From positions 1 to 52,820 of IMG/VR virus record IMGVR_UViG_3300025101_000034: a stretch of 52,820 nucleotides of DNA; one strand, 5' to 3'. How positions within the stretch are numbered: position 1 is the first letter of the stretch; each line of letters starts with the position of its first letter. This document shows positions 7,963 through 18,364 of the stretch, one piece after another. The notes below the pieces were generated by a model, which was not told the origin of the DNA, ran no database searches, and saw nothing but the letters and a program-made list of their open reading frames with translations. The DNA comes from a virus. Lineage: Duplodnaviria; Caudoviricetes. The position numbers and the translations under genes were made by a program.

Positions 7963-8937
7963 ATGGCTCAATATTTTGAACCCTCAACAGATACTAATGC
8001 TAACTTTGCTAACTCCGTAAGTGGACAAGAAAATAGTTTCTTCTTACCTTCCGTTTACTCTAGAAAGGTTTTAAACTTTTTCAGAAAAGCGAGTGTGGTA
8101 GAAGCTATTACAAACACCGATTATGCTGGTGAAATTTCTGCTTTCGGAGACTCAGTAAAGATTATCAAAGAACCTGTAATCTCAGTATCAGACTATACTA
8201 GAGGTTCAGACACAACTGCTACTAAGTTGACAGACCAAGAACTAAACCTAGTTGTTGATAGTGCTAAAGCTTTCAAATTCATCGTAGATGATATTGAAAC
8301 TAACATGTCACATGTAAACTTCAAGGAAATTGCATCTTCAAGTGCAGCTTATGCTCTTAAAGATTCATACGATGCTGCTGTTTTAGCATCAATGTTCGCA
8401 GGTGTTTCAGCTTCAAGCCCAGACCATATCATTGGTTCTGATAGTGCTACAGCAGATGCAACATTGTCACATGCAACCAATTCAGTCGACCTATTAGGTT
8501 CTGACGGAACTGGTGTTGATGCATTAGACTTAATGGCTAGAATGGCTAGAAAATTAGACGACCAAAATGTACCTGAAGAAGGTAGATGGTTTGTCGCAAG
8601 CCCAGACTTCTATGAAGAGCTAGGCAAATCTGGTTCTAAGCTATTGTCAGTTGACTTTAATGCAGGTCAAGGTTCTATTAGAAACGGATTAGTTTCAAGT
8701 GGAAAACTTAGAGGATTTGATATGTACAAATCTAACAATATCGCTGCTACATCAAATGCAAGTGGTAAAGTTATGGCTGGACACATGTCATCTACAGCTA
8801 CTGCTAATACAATTCTTTCAACAGAAGTTATCAGAGACCCTAGTTCTTTTGGTGACATCGTGAGAGGCCTTCATGTCTACGGAGCAAAAGTTCTTAGACC
8901 AGAAGCATTAGTAAGTGCATTCTACGTTATTGACTAA
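7963..8937 (+). CDS. Major capsid protein
   Basis: 324 aa; 'GEISAFGDSVKI', 'LDDQNVPEEGRWFV', 'FGDIVRGLHVYGAKVLRPE'; strong RBS AAGGAG; followed by a terminator. Confidence 0.9.
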   Translation: MAQYFEPSTDTNANFANSVSGQENSFFLPSVYSRKVLNFFRKASVVEAITNTDYAGEISAFGDSVKIIKEPVISVSDYTRGSDTTATKLTDQELNLVVDSAKAFKFIVDDIETNMSHVNFKEIASSSAAYALKDSYDAAVLASMFAGVSASSPDHIIGSDSATADATLSHATNSVDLLGSDGTGVDALDLMARMARKLDDQNVPEEGRWFVASPDFYEELGKSGSKLLSVDFNAGQGSIRNGLVSSGKLRGFDMYKSNNIAATSNASGKVMAGHMSSTATANTILSTEVIRDPSSFGDIVRGLHVYGAKVLRPEALVSAFYVID

Positions 8938-8946
8938 TAACTACTC

Positions 8947-8976
8947 GGAGGGGTCTTAACTGACTCCTCCATTTTT
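8947..8976 (+). terminator. Rho-independent terminator after the MCP
   Basis: GGAGGGGTC / GACTCCTCC 9-bp stem (one G-U) followed by ATTTTT. Confidence 0.8.
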
Positions 8977-8993
8977 AATTTAGGAGAGAAATC

Positions 8994-9215
8994 ATGCCAA
9001 TGGGTAAAGGAACATACGGTAGTCAAAAAGGACGACCAAAAAAAGACAAACGAGAACAAATGTATGTAGGCAGTATGCCTGGTAAAAGAAAGAAAATGAT
9101 GGGTGGAAGTATGATGCATTCTGATAAAAGAATGATGAAAGGTACTGGTGGACGTATTCAATATATGGACGGTGGGCCAGTTACAGATAACATCCCTATG
9201 GCTACACCTAACTAA
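8994..9215 (+). CDS. Small Met/Gly/Lys-rich protein
   Basis: RBS AGGAG; 'GKGTYGSQKGRP' and repeated xxGG motifs. Confidence 0.7.
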   Translation: MPMGKGTYGSQKGRPKKDKREQMYVGSMPGKRKKMMGGSMMHSDKRMMKGTGGRIQYMDGGPVTDNIPMATPN

Positions 9216-9217
9216 TC

Positions 9218-9394
9218 ATGGCTAAGGGTGTAAAACATTACAAACGAGATGGTACTGAGCATAAAGGAAGTATGCACAAAATGCCTAATGGTCAGCTACA
9301 CACAAACAAGTCTCACACTAAAACAAGTGTAAGGCTTTTTCATTTTAAAGACTTAAGTAAAAAAGCAAAACTAAAAGCTAGAGGCAAGAAGTAA
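9218..9394 (+). CDS. Small basic His-rich protein, 58 aa (not in ORF track)
   Basis: MAKGVKHYKRDGTEHKGSMHKMPNGQLHT...; its stop overlaps ATG 9394. Confidence 0.7.
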   Translation: MAKGVKHYKRDGTEHKGSMHKMPNGQLHTNKSHTKTSVRLFHFKDLSKKAKLKARGKK

Positions 9395-10161
9395 TGGCAA
9401 CAACCTATTTAGAATTAACAAACCAAGCATTAAGAGAACTTAATGAAATACCATTAACATCTGTTAACTTTGGAGATGCTGTAGGTTTACAGCAGTTTGT
9501 AAAAGATTCTATTAATAGGTCAATTTTTGATATTGCAAATGAAGAACCTCAGCTACCTTTCTTTAGTGCTGGAGTAAGTGGAGGCACAGACCCTTTCTAT
9601 GGGAATGTAACTGTAGCTACTGTAGCAGGACAAAGATGGTACACATTAAAAGCTGGAAGTTCAGATATAACAACAGACTTTGCTTCAATAGATTGGGATG
9701 ACTTTTTTATTACAACAGTAGGTGTATCTGGAGAAACTGCTCCATTTGTATCTAAAGGATTAAATTATATTACTTTAGATGAATGGACTAGATATTACAG
9801 AGACCAAGAAAATTTAGATGATGCTGATAGCCAGAATCATGGTGAACCTCTTAGAGTATACAGAAGTCCAGATAATAGAAAGTTTGGATTAAGTCCTATA
9901 CCTGACAAGGTTTACAATATTCATTTTTATGCTTTTGAAAAGCCAGTAGCTTTATCAGCTCATGGAGATACGATAGCTTTTCCAGACCAGTATGCAACTG
10001 TAATTACTGCTAGAACTAGATACTATGTCTGGCAATTTAAAGATAGTCCTCAACAAGCAGCTTTTGCTTTGGAAGATTATAAGAAAGGTTTAAAACAAAT
10101 GAAATCAAATCTTATGAATCCTCAGCCTAAGTATATTACTGACGATAGGACTTACTTTTAA
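9394..10161 (+). CDS. Head-tail adaptor (tail tubular protein A-like)
   Basis: 'TYLELTNQALRELNE' N-terminus; position after the MCP; 255 aa. Confidence 0.75.
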   Translation: MATTYLELTNQALRELNEIPLTSVNFGDAVGLQQFVKDSINRSIFDIANEEPQLPFFSAGVSGGTDPFYGNVTVATVAGQRWYTLKAGSSDITTDFASIDWDDFFITTVGVSGETAPFVSKGLNYITLDEWTRYYRDQENLDDADSQNHGEPLRVYRSPDNRKFGLSPIPDKVYNIHFYAFEKPVALSAHGDTIAFPDQYATVITARTRYYVWQFKDSPQQAAFALEDYKKGLKQMKSNLMNPQPKYITDDRTYF

Positions 10162-11786
10162 TGGCAAACTCACAACCGTTTACAGTAGCTTGCGAAGGTG
10201 GATTAATAAAATCTACAAACTCGTTAGCTTTATTAAGAACTCCAGGATTTGCTACAAAGCTTAGAAACTTTGAAGTAGGTACTGAAGGTGGTTATAGACG
10301 AGTTAGTGGCTTTACTAGATTTGGTGGAGATGATGCTGTTAATCCTAGTGGTACAAATAAAGTATTAGGATTACAAGTTTATGCAGATGGAGTCATAGCT
10401 TGTGCAGGAGATGGTATATTTTTTAGTCAAGACGGAACTAGCTGGCTACAAATAAACAGAACAGGAGTTTCATCTAGTGGAGATAATTACTCTACATTTA
10501 CAGGTCGAAACTTATTAGCTAGAACTAATCAAGGACAATGTACATTTGATATCTTTGAAGGTGCTAGTGACTTTGGTGATGTCTTAATAGTAGACGGAGC
10601 TAATAAACCATTCAGATTTAGAATGGAAGGAACAGGAGTTCTAACAAGTAGAACTTTTATAACAGAGGAGATTACAGTAAGTGGAACTGTAGCTCCTAAA
10701 GTAGGAACAATCCACGACAAACACTTTGTTGTTGCTGGTGATGCTGCTCAAAAGAATACTATATTTTTTAGTGGGGTCAACGAGATAAACAACTTTAGTG
10801 CAGCTACGGCAGGTAATATATCTTTAGAAGATGCTGTAGTTGGAATTAAAAGTTTCCGTAATGAATTATTTATATTTTGTAGAGAGAGTATTCACAAGTT
10901 AGTAAATATAAATGATTCAAGTACGATAGCTATAGTACCTGTCACAGACAACGTTGGTTGTTTAGATGGCCAAAGCATACAAGAGATTGCTGGTGACTTA
11001 ATATTCTTAGCACCAGATGGTTTCAGAACAGTTGCTGGTACATCAAGAATTGGTGATATTGAGTTAAGTAGTATTAGTAAACAGATACAGCCTTTAGTTC
11101 AAAAGATAGCAAAAGGAATAAATAACTTTACTATCAGTAGTGTAGTTATAGGAGACAGGTCACAATATAGATTATTTTACGTAGATGCAAGTGCAGACAC
11201 TACATCTAGTTCTAAAGGAATTATAGGAACACTACGACCAGGTTCTACTGCTAATCCACAAGCAGGATTTCAATGGTCAGAAACATTAGGTATTCAATGT
11301 CCAGCTATAACAGCAGGATTTGATAGTCTAGGATTAGAGAAATATTTTCATGGAGATTTACAAGGTAAAGTTTATCTACATGATGAAGGTAATAGTTTTG
11401 ATGGAGCAAATGTAATTGCTGAATACGAAACTCCAAATATTGATTATGGAGATTTAGGAACATTAAAGACTTTACATTTTATAAAAATATCATTTGGCCC
11501 AGAAGGTGAGGTAACTCCAGTATTAAGAGTTAGATATAATTACGATGACCCTAACCACCCTCAGCCATCAGATTTTATATTAGACAGAATACCTCCCCCA
11601 TCACTATTTGGGGATGCTAAGTTTGGCATTGGAGCAGTTTTTGGTGCTTCAGAAAAACCGTTAGTAAGACAACAACTACAAGGGAGTGGACATAGTAATA
11701 TGTTCAGAATTAGAAGTGACGATACAAAGTCTCCATATACAGTAAATGGTTTCTTTGTAGATTATGTACCTTCAGGCAGGAGATAA
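10161..11786 (+). CDS. Tail nozzle / tubular protein B-like
   Basis: 541 aa, beta-rich; 'NVGCLDGQSIQE..GDLIFLAPDG'; position after the adaptor. Confidence 0.75.
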   Translation: MANSQPFTVACEGGLIKSTNSLALLRTPGFATKLRNFEVGTEGGYRRVSGFTRFGGDDAVNPSGTNKVLGLQVYADGVIACAGDGIFFSQDGTSWLQINRTGVSSSGDNYSTFTGRNLLARTNQGQCTFDIFEGASDFGDVLIVDGANKPFRFRMEGTGVLTSRTFITEEITVSGTVAPKVGTIHDKHFVVAGDAAQKNTIFFSGVNEINNFSAATAGNISLEDAVVGIKSFRNELFIFCRESIHKLVNINDSSTIAIVPVTDNVGCLDGQSIQEIAGDLIFLAPDGFRTVAGTSRIGDIELSSISKQIQPLVQKIAKGINNFTISSVVIGDRSQYRLFYVDASADTTSSSKGIIGTLRPGSTANPQAGFQWSETLGIQCPAITAGFDSLGLEKYFHGDLQGKVYLHDEGNSFDGANVIAEYETPNIDYGDLGTLKTLHFIKISFGPEGEVTPVLRVRYNYDDPNHPQPSDFILDRIPPPSLFGDAKFGIGAVFGASEKPLVRQQLQGSGHSNMFRIRSDDTKSPYTVNGFFVDYVPSGRR

Positions 11787-11789
11787 AAA

Positions 11790-14700
11790 ATGGCAGGATA
11801 TATAAGACAAAGCACGTTTTCAGATGGCGATACCATTACAGCAGCAATATTTAATAATGAATATAATGGATTGGCAAATGCTTTTAACAATCAAACAGGA
11901 CACAAGCACGATGGCTCGGCAGCAGAAGGGCCAGTTATTGGTGTTATCGGAGATGCAGGAGTAGTTACTCCTCTCAATAAAGTATTAATAGATACTACAA
12001 ATGACCACATTGAATTTTATATAGATGATTCAAGTAGTTCAGTACAGCAAGTTTACATAGGTAATGGAGTTATTGCACCTGTCACAGATAGCGACATTGA
12101 CTTAGGTACTAATGCTTTACGTTTTAAAGATGCTTACATAGATACAATAACTACAACAAGTAATGTTTCTGTAGGAGGAAACCTGACTGTCACAGGTACT
12201 ACTACATTAAACGGAGGAACATTAACATTAGGAGATGCAGCATCAGACAATGTTGTTTTTGGTGCAGACGTAGACTCCAGTATTATTCCAGACGATGACG
12301 ATACGTATGACTTAGGTTCAACAACCCAAGAGTGGAGAAATTTATTCATTGATGGTACTGCTAATATTGATAGCTTAGTATTAGGTAGTGGTGAAACTGT
12401 TACAAGTATTCTTGATGAAGATGGATTAACTTCTGATAGTGCTAGTGCTTTAGCAACTCAACAATCTATCAAAGCTTATGTTGATGCTCAGGTAACAGCA
12501 CAAGACTTAGACTTCCAAGGTGATTCAGGTGGAGCATTATCTATTGACTTAGATAGTGAAACTCTTGATATAGCTGGTGGTACAGGTATAGATACATCAG
12601 GTGCTGGTAATACATTAACAGTTGCTATTGATTCTACTGTAGCAACTTTAACAGGCTCACAAACTTTAACAAACAAAACAATAGATGTAGATAACAATAC
12701 GTTATCTAATATAGAAGTAGATAATCTTAAGTCTGGAGTTTTAGACACAGATATATCTTCAGTTGCAGGTACAGATACAACACTTGCTTCAGCTAAAGCT
12801 ATTAAGACTTATGTTGATGCTCAAGTAACAGCTCAAGATTTAGATGCTACTACTGATAGTGGTACAGTTGCAATAGACCTGGATAGTGAAACATTAACTA
12901 TTGCAGGTGGAGAAGGTATAGATACTTCAGGTTCTGGCAATACAATTACAATCACAGGTGAACTAGCTACAGAAACAAATGCTGGTGTTGCTACTTTTGA
13001 TGGTACTGACTTTACAGTATCTTCAGGAGATGTAACTTTAAATGCAGAAAGAATACAAGATATTACTGGTGCAATGGTATCAGGAAATACTGAAACAGGT
13101 ATTACACTTACTTATCAAGACTCAGACGGAACATTAGATGCAGTAGTTAACCTAACACCATTTGATACTGGAGACTTAGCAGAAGGTAGTAACTTATACT
13201 ATACATCAGCTAGAGCTAATTCAGATTTTGATACTAGATTAGCTACTAAAGACACAGCTAATCTATCAGAAGGTAGTAACTTATATTTTACAAATGCTAG
13301 AGCCGATGCTAGAGCTGACGTAAGAATAGCAGCTTCTACAACAGATGACCTATCAGAAGGTTCAAGTAATTTATATCACACAACAGAAAGAGTACAAGAC
13401 ATCGTAGGTGCTATGGTTTCTTCTAATACTGAAAGTGGTATTAGTGTAACTTATGAAGATAGTGATGGTACTTTAGATTTTAATGCAGATGATTTTACAA
13501 TTACATTAGGTGGAGATTTATCTGGTAATGTAACTATTTCAGATTTAGCTAATGGTACATTAAATGCAACAATAGTAGCTAATGCAGTTGCTCTAAGTAC
13601 AGATACAACAGGAGACTATGTTGATAGTCTTGTAGCAGGAACTGGTGTTACTTTAAGTAATAACTCAGGCGAAGGTGCTACACCTACAGTTGCTATTGGA
13701 CAAGCAGTAGAAACAAATTCAGATGTAAACTTTGCTACAGTTACAACTACAGGTAATGCTACCATAGGAGGAAACCTAACTGTAAATGGAAGTACCACAA
13801 CACTTAATACTGCAACCTTAAATGTAGAAGACCAGAACATAACACTTAACAAAGGTTCAGGAGATACATCAGGTTCAGCAGACGGTGCAGGTATTACAAT
13901 TCAAGATGCTGTAAATGCTTCTACAGATGCAACTATAGCCTGGAGTGCAGCTAATGATAACTTTGTGTTCTCACATGAAGTAGTTGCTCCAAGTTTAGAT
14001 ATATCAGGTAATGTAGATATTGATGGTACATTAGAAACAGATGCTTTAACTATTAATGGTACAGCTTCAGTTCCTTTTGAATCTGCTGACCATAGTAAGT
14101 TAGACGGCATAGAAGCTAATGCAACAGCCGACCAAACAGCTAGTGAAATCAGAACATTAGTAGAGTCAGCAACTAACTCCAATGTATTTACAGATGCTGA
14201 CCATAGCAAACTAAATGCAATAGAAGCCTCAGCTACAGCAGACCAAACAGCTAGTGAAATAAGAGCATTGGTAGAAAGTGCCTCTGACTCAAATGTATTC
14301 ACAGATGCAGACCACACTAAATTAAATGCAATAGAAGCAAGTGCTGATGTAACAGATACTGCTAATGTAACAAGTGCAGGTGCATTAATGGATAGCGAAC
14401 TTACAAGTATCGCAGACGTTAAAGCATTAGACCAATCAGTAGTAAGTGGGGCAACTCCTACATTTACAACTACTAACTTTACTGATGCTACAAACAAAAG
14501 ATTAATGACTGATGCTCAAGAAACAAAACTTGACTCAGTTGAAAGTGGTGCTACAGCAGACCAAACAGCATCCGAGATTAGAACATTAGTTGAAGCAGCA
14601 ACAGATTCAAATGTGTTTACGGATGCAGACCATAGTAAATTAAATGCTATTGAAGCAAATGCTACAGGAGACCAAACTGCTAGTGAAATAAAATCTTTAT

Positions 14701-17700
14701 ATGAAGCTAATTCAGATACAAATGCATTTACTGATGCAGATGAAAGTAAGTTAGATGGTATAGAAGCAAATGCTACAGCAGACCAAACAGATGAAGAAAT
14801 ACAAGATATAGTAGGTGGAATGCTTACTGGTAATACTGAAACAGGTATTGCAGTAACATATCAAGATGGTGACGGAACAATAGATTTTGTTGTAGCCTCA
14901 CAAACAGATGAAAACTTTACAACAGCAGACCATGCTAAATTAGATGGTATAGAAGCTGGAGCTACTGGCGACCAGACAGCAGCAGAGATTAGAACATTAG
15001 TAGAAAGTGCTAGTGATTCTAATGTATTCACAGATGCTGACCATGATAAGTTAAATGGTATTGAAGCAAGTGCTGACGTTACAGACTCAGCAAATGTTGG
15101 TAGTGCCTTAACAGGATTTAGTACAGCAACTGATGCAGTAGCAACAGACTTAGTTGCTTTCTATGATGTCTCAGCAAATGCTTGGGAAAAAGGAACTATA
15201 GAAGATGTAGCTTTACAAGGTACAAAAGGACAGAAAGGTGAAGGTGGAGTTCTTGGTTCTAAAGGCCAGAAAGGTGAAGTAGGTGTTACAGGAGATAAAG
15301 GCCAGAAAGGTGAAGTAGGTGTTACAGGAGATAAAGGCCAGAAAGGTGAAGTAGGAGCTACAGGTGCTAAGGGTCAGAAAGGTGAAGTAGGTGCTGCTGG
15401 TTCAAACGGAACGAATGGTGCAAACGGAGCTAAAGGACAAAAAGGTGAAGTAGGAGCTACAGGAGATAAAGGACAAAAAGGTGAAGCTGGTGTTGACGGA
15501 GCTGCTTCAGATGGTACTAAAGGACAGAAAGGACAAAAAGGTGAAGTAGGTGCTACAGGTGCTAAGGGTCAAAAAGGTGAAGTAGGTGCTACAGGTAATA
15601 ATGGTTCAAATGGTTCTAAAGGCCAGAAAGGTGAAGTAGGAGCTACAGGTAATAATGGTTCAAATGGTTCAGATGGTTCTAAGGGTCAAAAGGGTGAAGT
15701 AGGAGCTACAGGTTCTGGTGGAGCTACAGGTTCTAAAGGACAAAAAGGACAAACTGGTGCTGAAGGTTCTGATGGTTCAAACGGTTCTAAGGGACAGAAA
15801 GGTGAAGTAGGAGCTACAGGTAATAACGGTACAAACGGAGATAAAGGCCAGAAAGGTGAAGTAGGTGCTAAGGGACAAAAAGGTGAAGTAGGTAGTACAG
15901 GTAGTACAGGTAGCACAGGTTCTAAAGGGCAAAAGGGTCAAGAAGGAAACTTCGGTGGTCAAACATTTGCTTATGACTTTGATACAGGTACTTCAGATGC
16001 AGACCCAGGTAATGGTGAATTAAGATTAAACAATGGTACTGTATCTAGTGCATCTGTTCTATTTATAGATGACCAAGATGCAGGTGGTACTGATATACAA
16101 AGTTATCTAAGAACTATTGATGATAGTGATTCTACTATTAAAGGTCATGTAAGAATATCAAACAAATTAGATGCAACAGACTTTGCTCTATTTACAATTA
16201 GTGGTTCTATAACAGAAGCTTCAGGTTACTTTAAAGTTCCTGTAGCTCATGTTAGTGGTTCAGCATCTTCATTCTCAAATGGTGAAGATTTAATTGTAAC
16301 TTTTGCAAGAACTGGAGACCAAGGTGATAAAGGTCAAAAAGGTGCAACAGGTTCTGGAGGAGCTACAGGTTCTAAAGGACAGAAAGGTGAAGTAGGAGCT
16401 ACAGGTTCTGCTGGTTCTAACGGTTCAAATGGGTCTAAGGGTCAGAAAGGTGAAGTAGGTAATACAGGAGCTACAGGAGATAAAGGTCAAAAAGGACAAA
16501 CTGGTGCTACAGGTTCTGACGGTAGTAACGGTAGTAACGGTAGTAAAGGACAAAAAGGTGAAGTAGGTGCTACAGGTTCTGCTGGTTCTAATGGGTCAAA
16601 CGGTTCTAAGGGACAAAAAGGTGAAGTAGGTAACACAGGTGCTACAGGAGATAAAGGCCAGAAAGGTCAAGCAGGCTCTAACGGTAGTAACGGTTCAAAT
16701 GGTTCGAAAGGACAAAAAGGTGAAGTAGGTGGTACAGGTTCTACAGGTCAGAAGGGACAAAAAGGTGAAGTAGGTAGCACAGGTGGAACAGGGTCTAAAG
16801 GACAAAAAGGTGAAGTAGGTGCTGCTGGTTCAAACGGTAGTAATGGTTCAAATGGTTCTAAGGGTCAAAAAGGTGAAGTAGGTGCTGCTGGTTCAAACGG
16901 TAGTAATGGTTCAAATGGTTCTAAGGGTCAGAAGGGACAAGCTGGTAACAATGGCTCGAATGGTTCGAATGGTTCGAAAGGACAGAAAGGTGAAGCTGGT
17001 AATAACGGCTCAAATGGTTCGAATGGTTCTGACGGTTCTAAAGGTCAGAAAGGTCAAGCAGGCTCTAACGGTAACAACGGTAGTAACGGTTCTAAGGGAC
17101 AGAAAGGTGAACCAGGTACTAATGGTAGTAATGGTTCTAACGGTTCTAATGGTTCTAAAGGCCAGAAGGGTGAAGTCGGTGGAACAGGTGGAACAGGTCA
17201 GAAGGGACAAAAAGGTGAAGTCGGTGGAACAGGTGCAACAGGCCAGAAGGGAGAGAAAGGACAAAAAGGCCAGGCAGGTAATAATGGTTCTAATGGTTCA
17301 AACGGTTCAAACGGTTCTAAGGGTCAGAAAGGTGAAGCAGGTACTAACGGCTCTAATGGTTCAAATGGTTCTAAGGGTCAAAAGGGTCAAGCAGGTAATA
17401 ACGGCTCTAATGGTTCAAATGGTTCAGATGGTTCTAAGGGTCAAAAGGGTCAAGCAGGTAATAACGGCTCAAATGGTTCTAATGGTACAGATGGTTCTAA
17501 GGGTCAAAAAGGTCAAGCAGGTACGAATGGTTCTAACGGTTCTAACGGTACTAATGGACAGGATGGTTCTAAGGGTCAAAAAGGTCAAGCTGGTAACAAC
17601 GGTTCTAACGGCTCAAATGGGTCAAATGGTACTGATGGTGAAGACGGTGCTAAAGGACAAAAAGGACAAAAAGGCCAGGCAGGTACTAACGGTACTAACG

Positions 17701-18185
17701 GTTCTAATGGTGCTGATGGTGGATTTACTACCAACTCAAATGCTCAAGTTAATAGCTTAGGTATTGGAACAGCAGGCTCAGGTACAGCAGGTGAAATTAG
17801 AGCAACTAATAACATCACAGCTTTCTACTCTGATGCAAGACTAAAAGACTTTGAAGGTACTATACCTAATGCTCTAGAAAAAGTATTAGCTCTAAGTGGT
17901 TATTACTTTAGAGAGAATGAAAAAGCTAAAGAACTTGGCTATGAAAATGAAAGAAGACAAGTTGGTATATCAGCTCAAGAAGTACAAGCTGTATTACCAG
18001 AGGTAGTAACAGAAGCCCCTATTGATGACAAGTATCTAACAGTATGGTATGACAAGTTAGTTCCTCTTCTTATAGAAGCAATCAAAGAACTAGCAGTAGA
18101 TTCACATGCTCCAAAAGGATTAGGAGATATGGAAGGTTATGAAGAATTACTAGCAAGAATAGAGGAGTTAGAAAACAATGGCTAA
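11790..18185 (+). CDS. Giant tail fibre with collagen-like shafts and a C-terminal intramolecular chaperone (S74-like)
   Basis: N-terminal 'GHKHDG' anchor; several repeat types; Gly-X-Y tracts; 'SDARLK...GISAQEV..VLPEVV..YDKLVPLLIEAIKEL'. Confidence 0.9.
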   Translation: MAGYIRQSTFSDGDTITAAIFNNEYNGLANAFNNQTGHKHDGSAAEGPVIGVIGDAGVVTPLNKVLIDTTNDHIEFYIDDSSSSVQQVYIGNGVIAPVTDSDIDLGTNALRFKDAYIDTITTTSNVSVGGNLTVTGTTTLNGGTLTLGDAASDNVVFGADVDSSIIPDDDDTYDLGSTTQEWRNLFIDGTANIDSLVLGSGETVTSILDEDGLTSDSASALATQQSIKAYVDAQVTAQDLDFQGDSGGALSIDLDSETLDIAGGTGIDTSGAGNTLTVAIDSTVATLTGSQTLTNKTIDVDNNTLSNIEVDNLKSGVLDTDISSVAGTDTTLASAKAIKTYVDAQVTAQDLDATTDSGTVAIDLDSETLTIAGGEGIDTSGSGNTITITGELATETNAGVATFDGTDFTVSSGDVTLNAERIQDITGAMVSGNTETGITLTYQDSDGTLDAVVNLTPFDTGDLAEGSNLYYTSARANSDFDTRLATKDTANLSEGSNLYFTNARADARADVRIAASTTDDLSEGSSNLYHTTERVQDIVGAMVSSNTESGISVTYEDSDGTLDFNADDFTITLGGDLSGNVTISDLANGTLNATIVANAVALSTDTTGDYVDSLVAGTGVTLSNNSGEGATPTVAIGQAVETNSDVNFATVTTTGNATIGGNLTVNGSTTTLNTATLNVEDQNITLNKGSGDTSGSADGAGITIQDAVNASTDATIAWSAANDNFVFSHEVVAPSLDISGNVDIDGTLETDALTINGTASVPFESADHSKLDGIEANATADQTASEIRTLVESATNSNVFTDADHSKLNAIEASATADQTASEIRALVESASDSNVFTDADHTKLNAIEASADVTDTANVTSAGALMDSELTSIADVKALDQSVVSGATPTFTTTNFTDATNKRLMTDAQETKLDSVESGATADQTASEIRTLVEAATDSNVFTDADHSKLNAIEANATGDQTASEIKSLYEANSDTNAFTDADESKLDGIEANATADQTDEEIQDIVGGMLTGNTETGIAVTYQDGDGTIDFVVASQTDENFTTADHAKLDGIEAGATGDQTAAEIRTLVESASDSNVFTDADHDKLNGIEASADVTDSANVGSALTGFSTATDAVATDLVAFYDVSANAWEKGTIEDVALQGTKGQKGEGGVLGSKGQKGEVGVTGDKGQKGEVGVTGDKGQKGEVGATGAKGQKGEVGAAGSNGTNGANGAKGQKGEVGATGDKGQKGEAGVDGAASDGTKGQKGQKGEVGATGAKGQKGEVGATGNNGSNGSKGQKGEVGATGNNGSNGSDGSKGQKGEVGATGSGGATGSKGQKGQTGAEGSDGSNGSKGQKGEVGATGNNGTNGDKGQKGEVGAKGQKGEVGSTGSTGSTGSKGQKGQEGNFGGQTFAYDFDTGTSDADPGNGELRLNNGTVSSASVLFIDDQDAGGTDIQSYLRTIDDSDSTIKGHVRISNKLDATDFALFTISGSITEASGYFKVPVAHVSGSASSFSNGEDLIVTFARTGDQGDKGQKGATGSGGATGSKGQKGEVGATGSAGSNGSNGSKGQKGEVGNTGATGDKGQKGQTGATGSDGSNGSNGSKGQKGEVGATGSAGSNGSNGSKGQKGEVGNTGATGDKGQKGQAGSNGSNGSNGSKGQKGEVGGTGSTGQKGQKGEVGSTGGTGSKGQKGEVGAAGSNGSNGSNGSKGQKGEVGAAGSNGSNGSNGSKGQKGQAGNNGSNGSNGSKGQKGEAGNNGSNGSNGSDGSKGQKGQAGSNGNNGSNGSKGQKGEPGTNGSNGSNGSNGSKGQKGEVGGTGGTGQKGQKGEVGGTGATGQKGEKGQKGQAGNNGSNGSNGSNGSKGQKGEAGTNGSNGSNGSKGQKGQAGNNGSNGSNGSDGSKGQKGQAGNNGSNGSNGTDGSKGQKGQAGTNGSNGSNGTNGQDGSKGQKGQAGNNGSNGSNGSNGTDGEDGAKGQKGQKGQAGTNGTNGSNGADGGFTTNSNAQVNSLGIGTAGSGTAGEIRATNNITAFYSDARLKDFEGTIPNALEKVLALSGYYFRENEKAKELGYENERRQVGISAQEVQAVLPEVVTEAPIDDKYLTVWYDKLVPLLIEAIKELAVDSHAPKGLGDMEGYEELLARIEELENNG
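14090..15080 (+). repeat. ~37-aa fibre repeats (KLDGIEANATADQTASEIRTLVESASDSNVFTDADH)
   Basis: Multiple degenerate copies visible in the protein and DNA; boundaries approximate. Confidence 0.85.
15219..15950 (+). repeat. Collagen-like Gly-X-Y tract 1 (~80 triplets)
   Basis: GxKGQKGEVG units; exact 36-bp tandem copies at 15260-15295 and 15296-15331. Confidence 0.95.
16314..17720 (+). repeat. Collagen-like Gly-X-Y tract 2 (~155 triplets)
   Basis: GSKGQKG and GSN units; tandem duplications at the DNA level. Confidence 0.95.
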
Positions 18186-18363
18186 CATGACAAACGTACA
18201 AGTATTTATTAGTGCTAAACCTGATAGTGAAAGTGAACCTCTACCAATAGCTATCGTAAGCTATGATGATGATACACAAACTTTTTGGAAACAAGATAGT
18301 GATAGGAGTGTTTTAGATAGTCATACAAAAGCTATACTAGACAGTTTCTTTAACGGAGTATAA
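18178..18363 (+). CDS. Small hypothetical protein (fibre-associated?)
   Basis: 61-aa ORF overlapping the fibre stop; RBS GAGGAG. Confidence 0.6.
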   Translation: MANMTNVQVFISAKPDSESEPLPIAIVSYDDDTQTFWKQDSDRSVLDSHTKAILDSFFNGV

Positions 18364-18364
18364 T

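Noticed and set aside
15219-17720. Repeat array as a possible CRISPR or DGR template/variable repeat
   Set aside because: Repeats are in-frame Gly-X-Y coding units without unique spacers; no cas operon or reverse transcriptase in the window
16882-17760. 292-aa alternative-frame ORF rich in Val/Met/Leu
   Set aside because: Shadow of the collagen codon repeats (GGT-TCx-AAT); no RBS and no protein-like complexity
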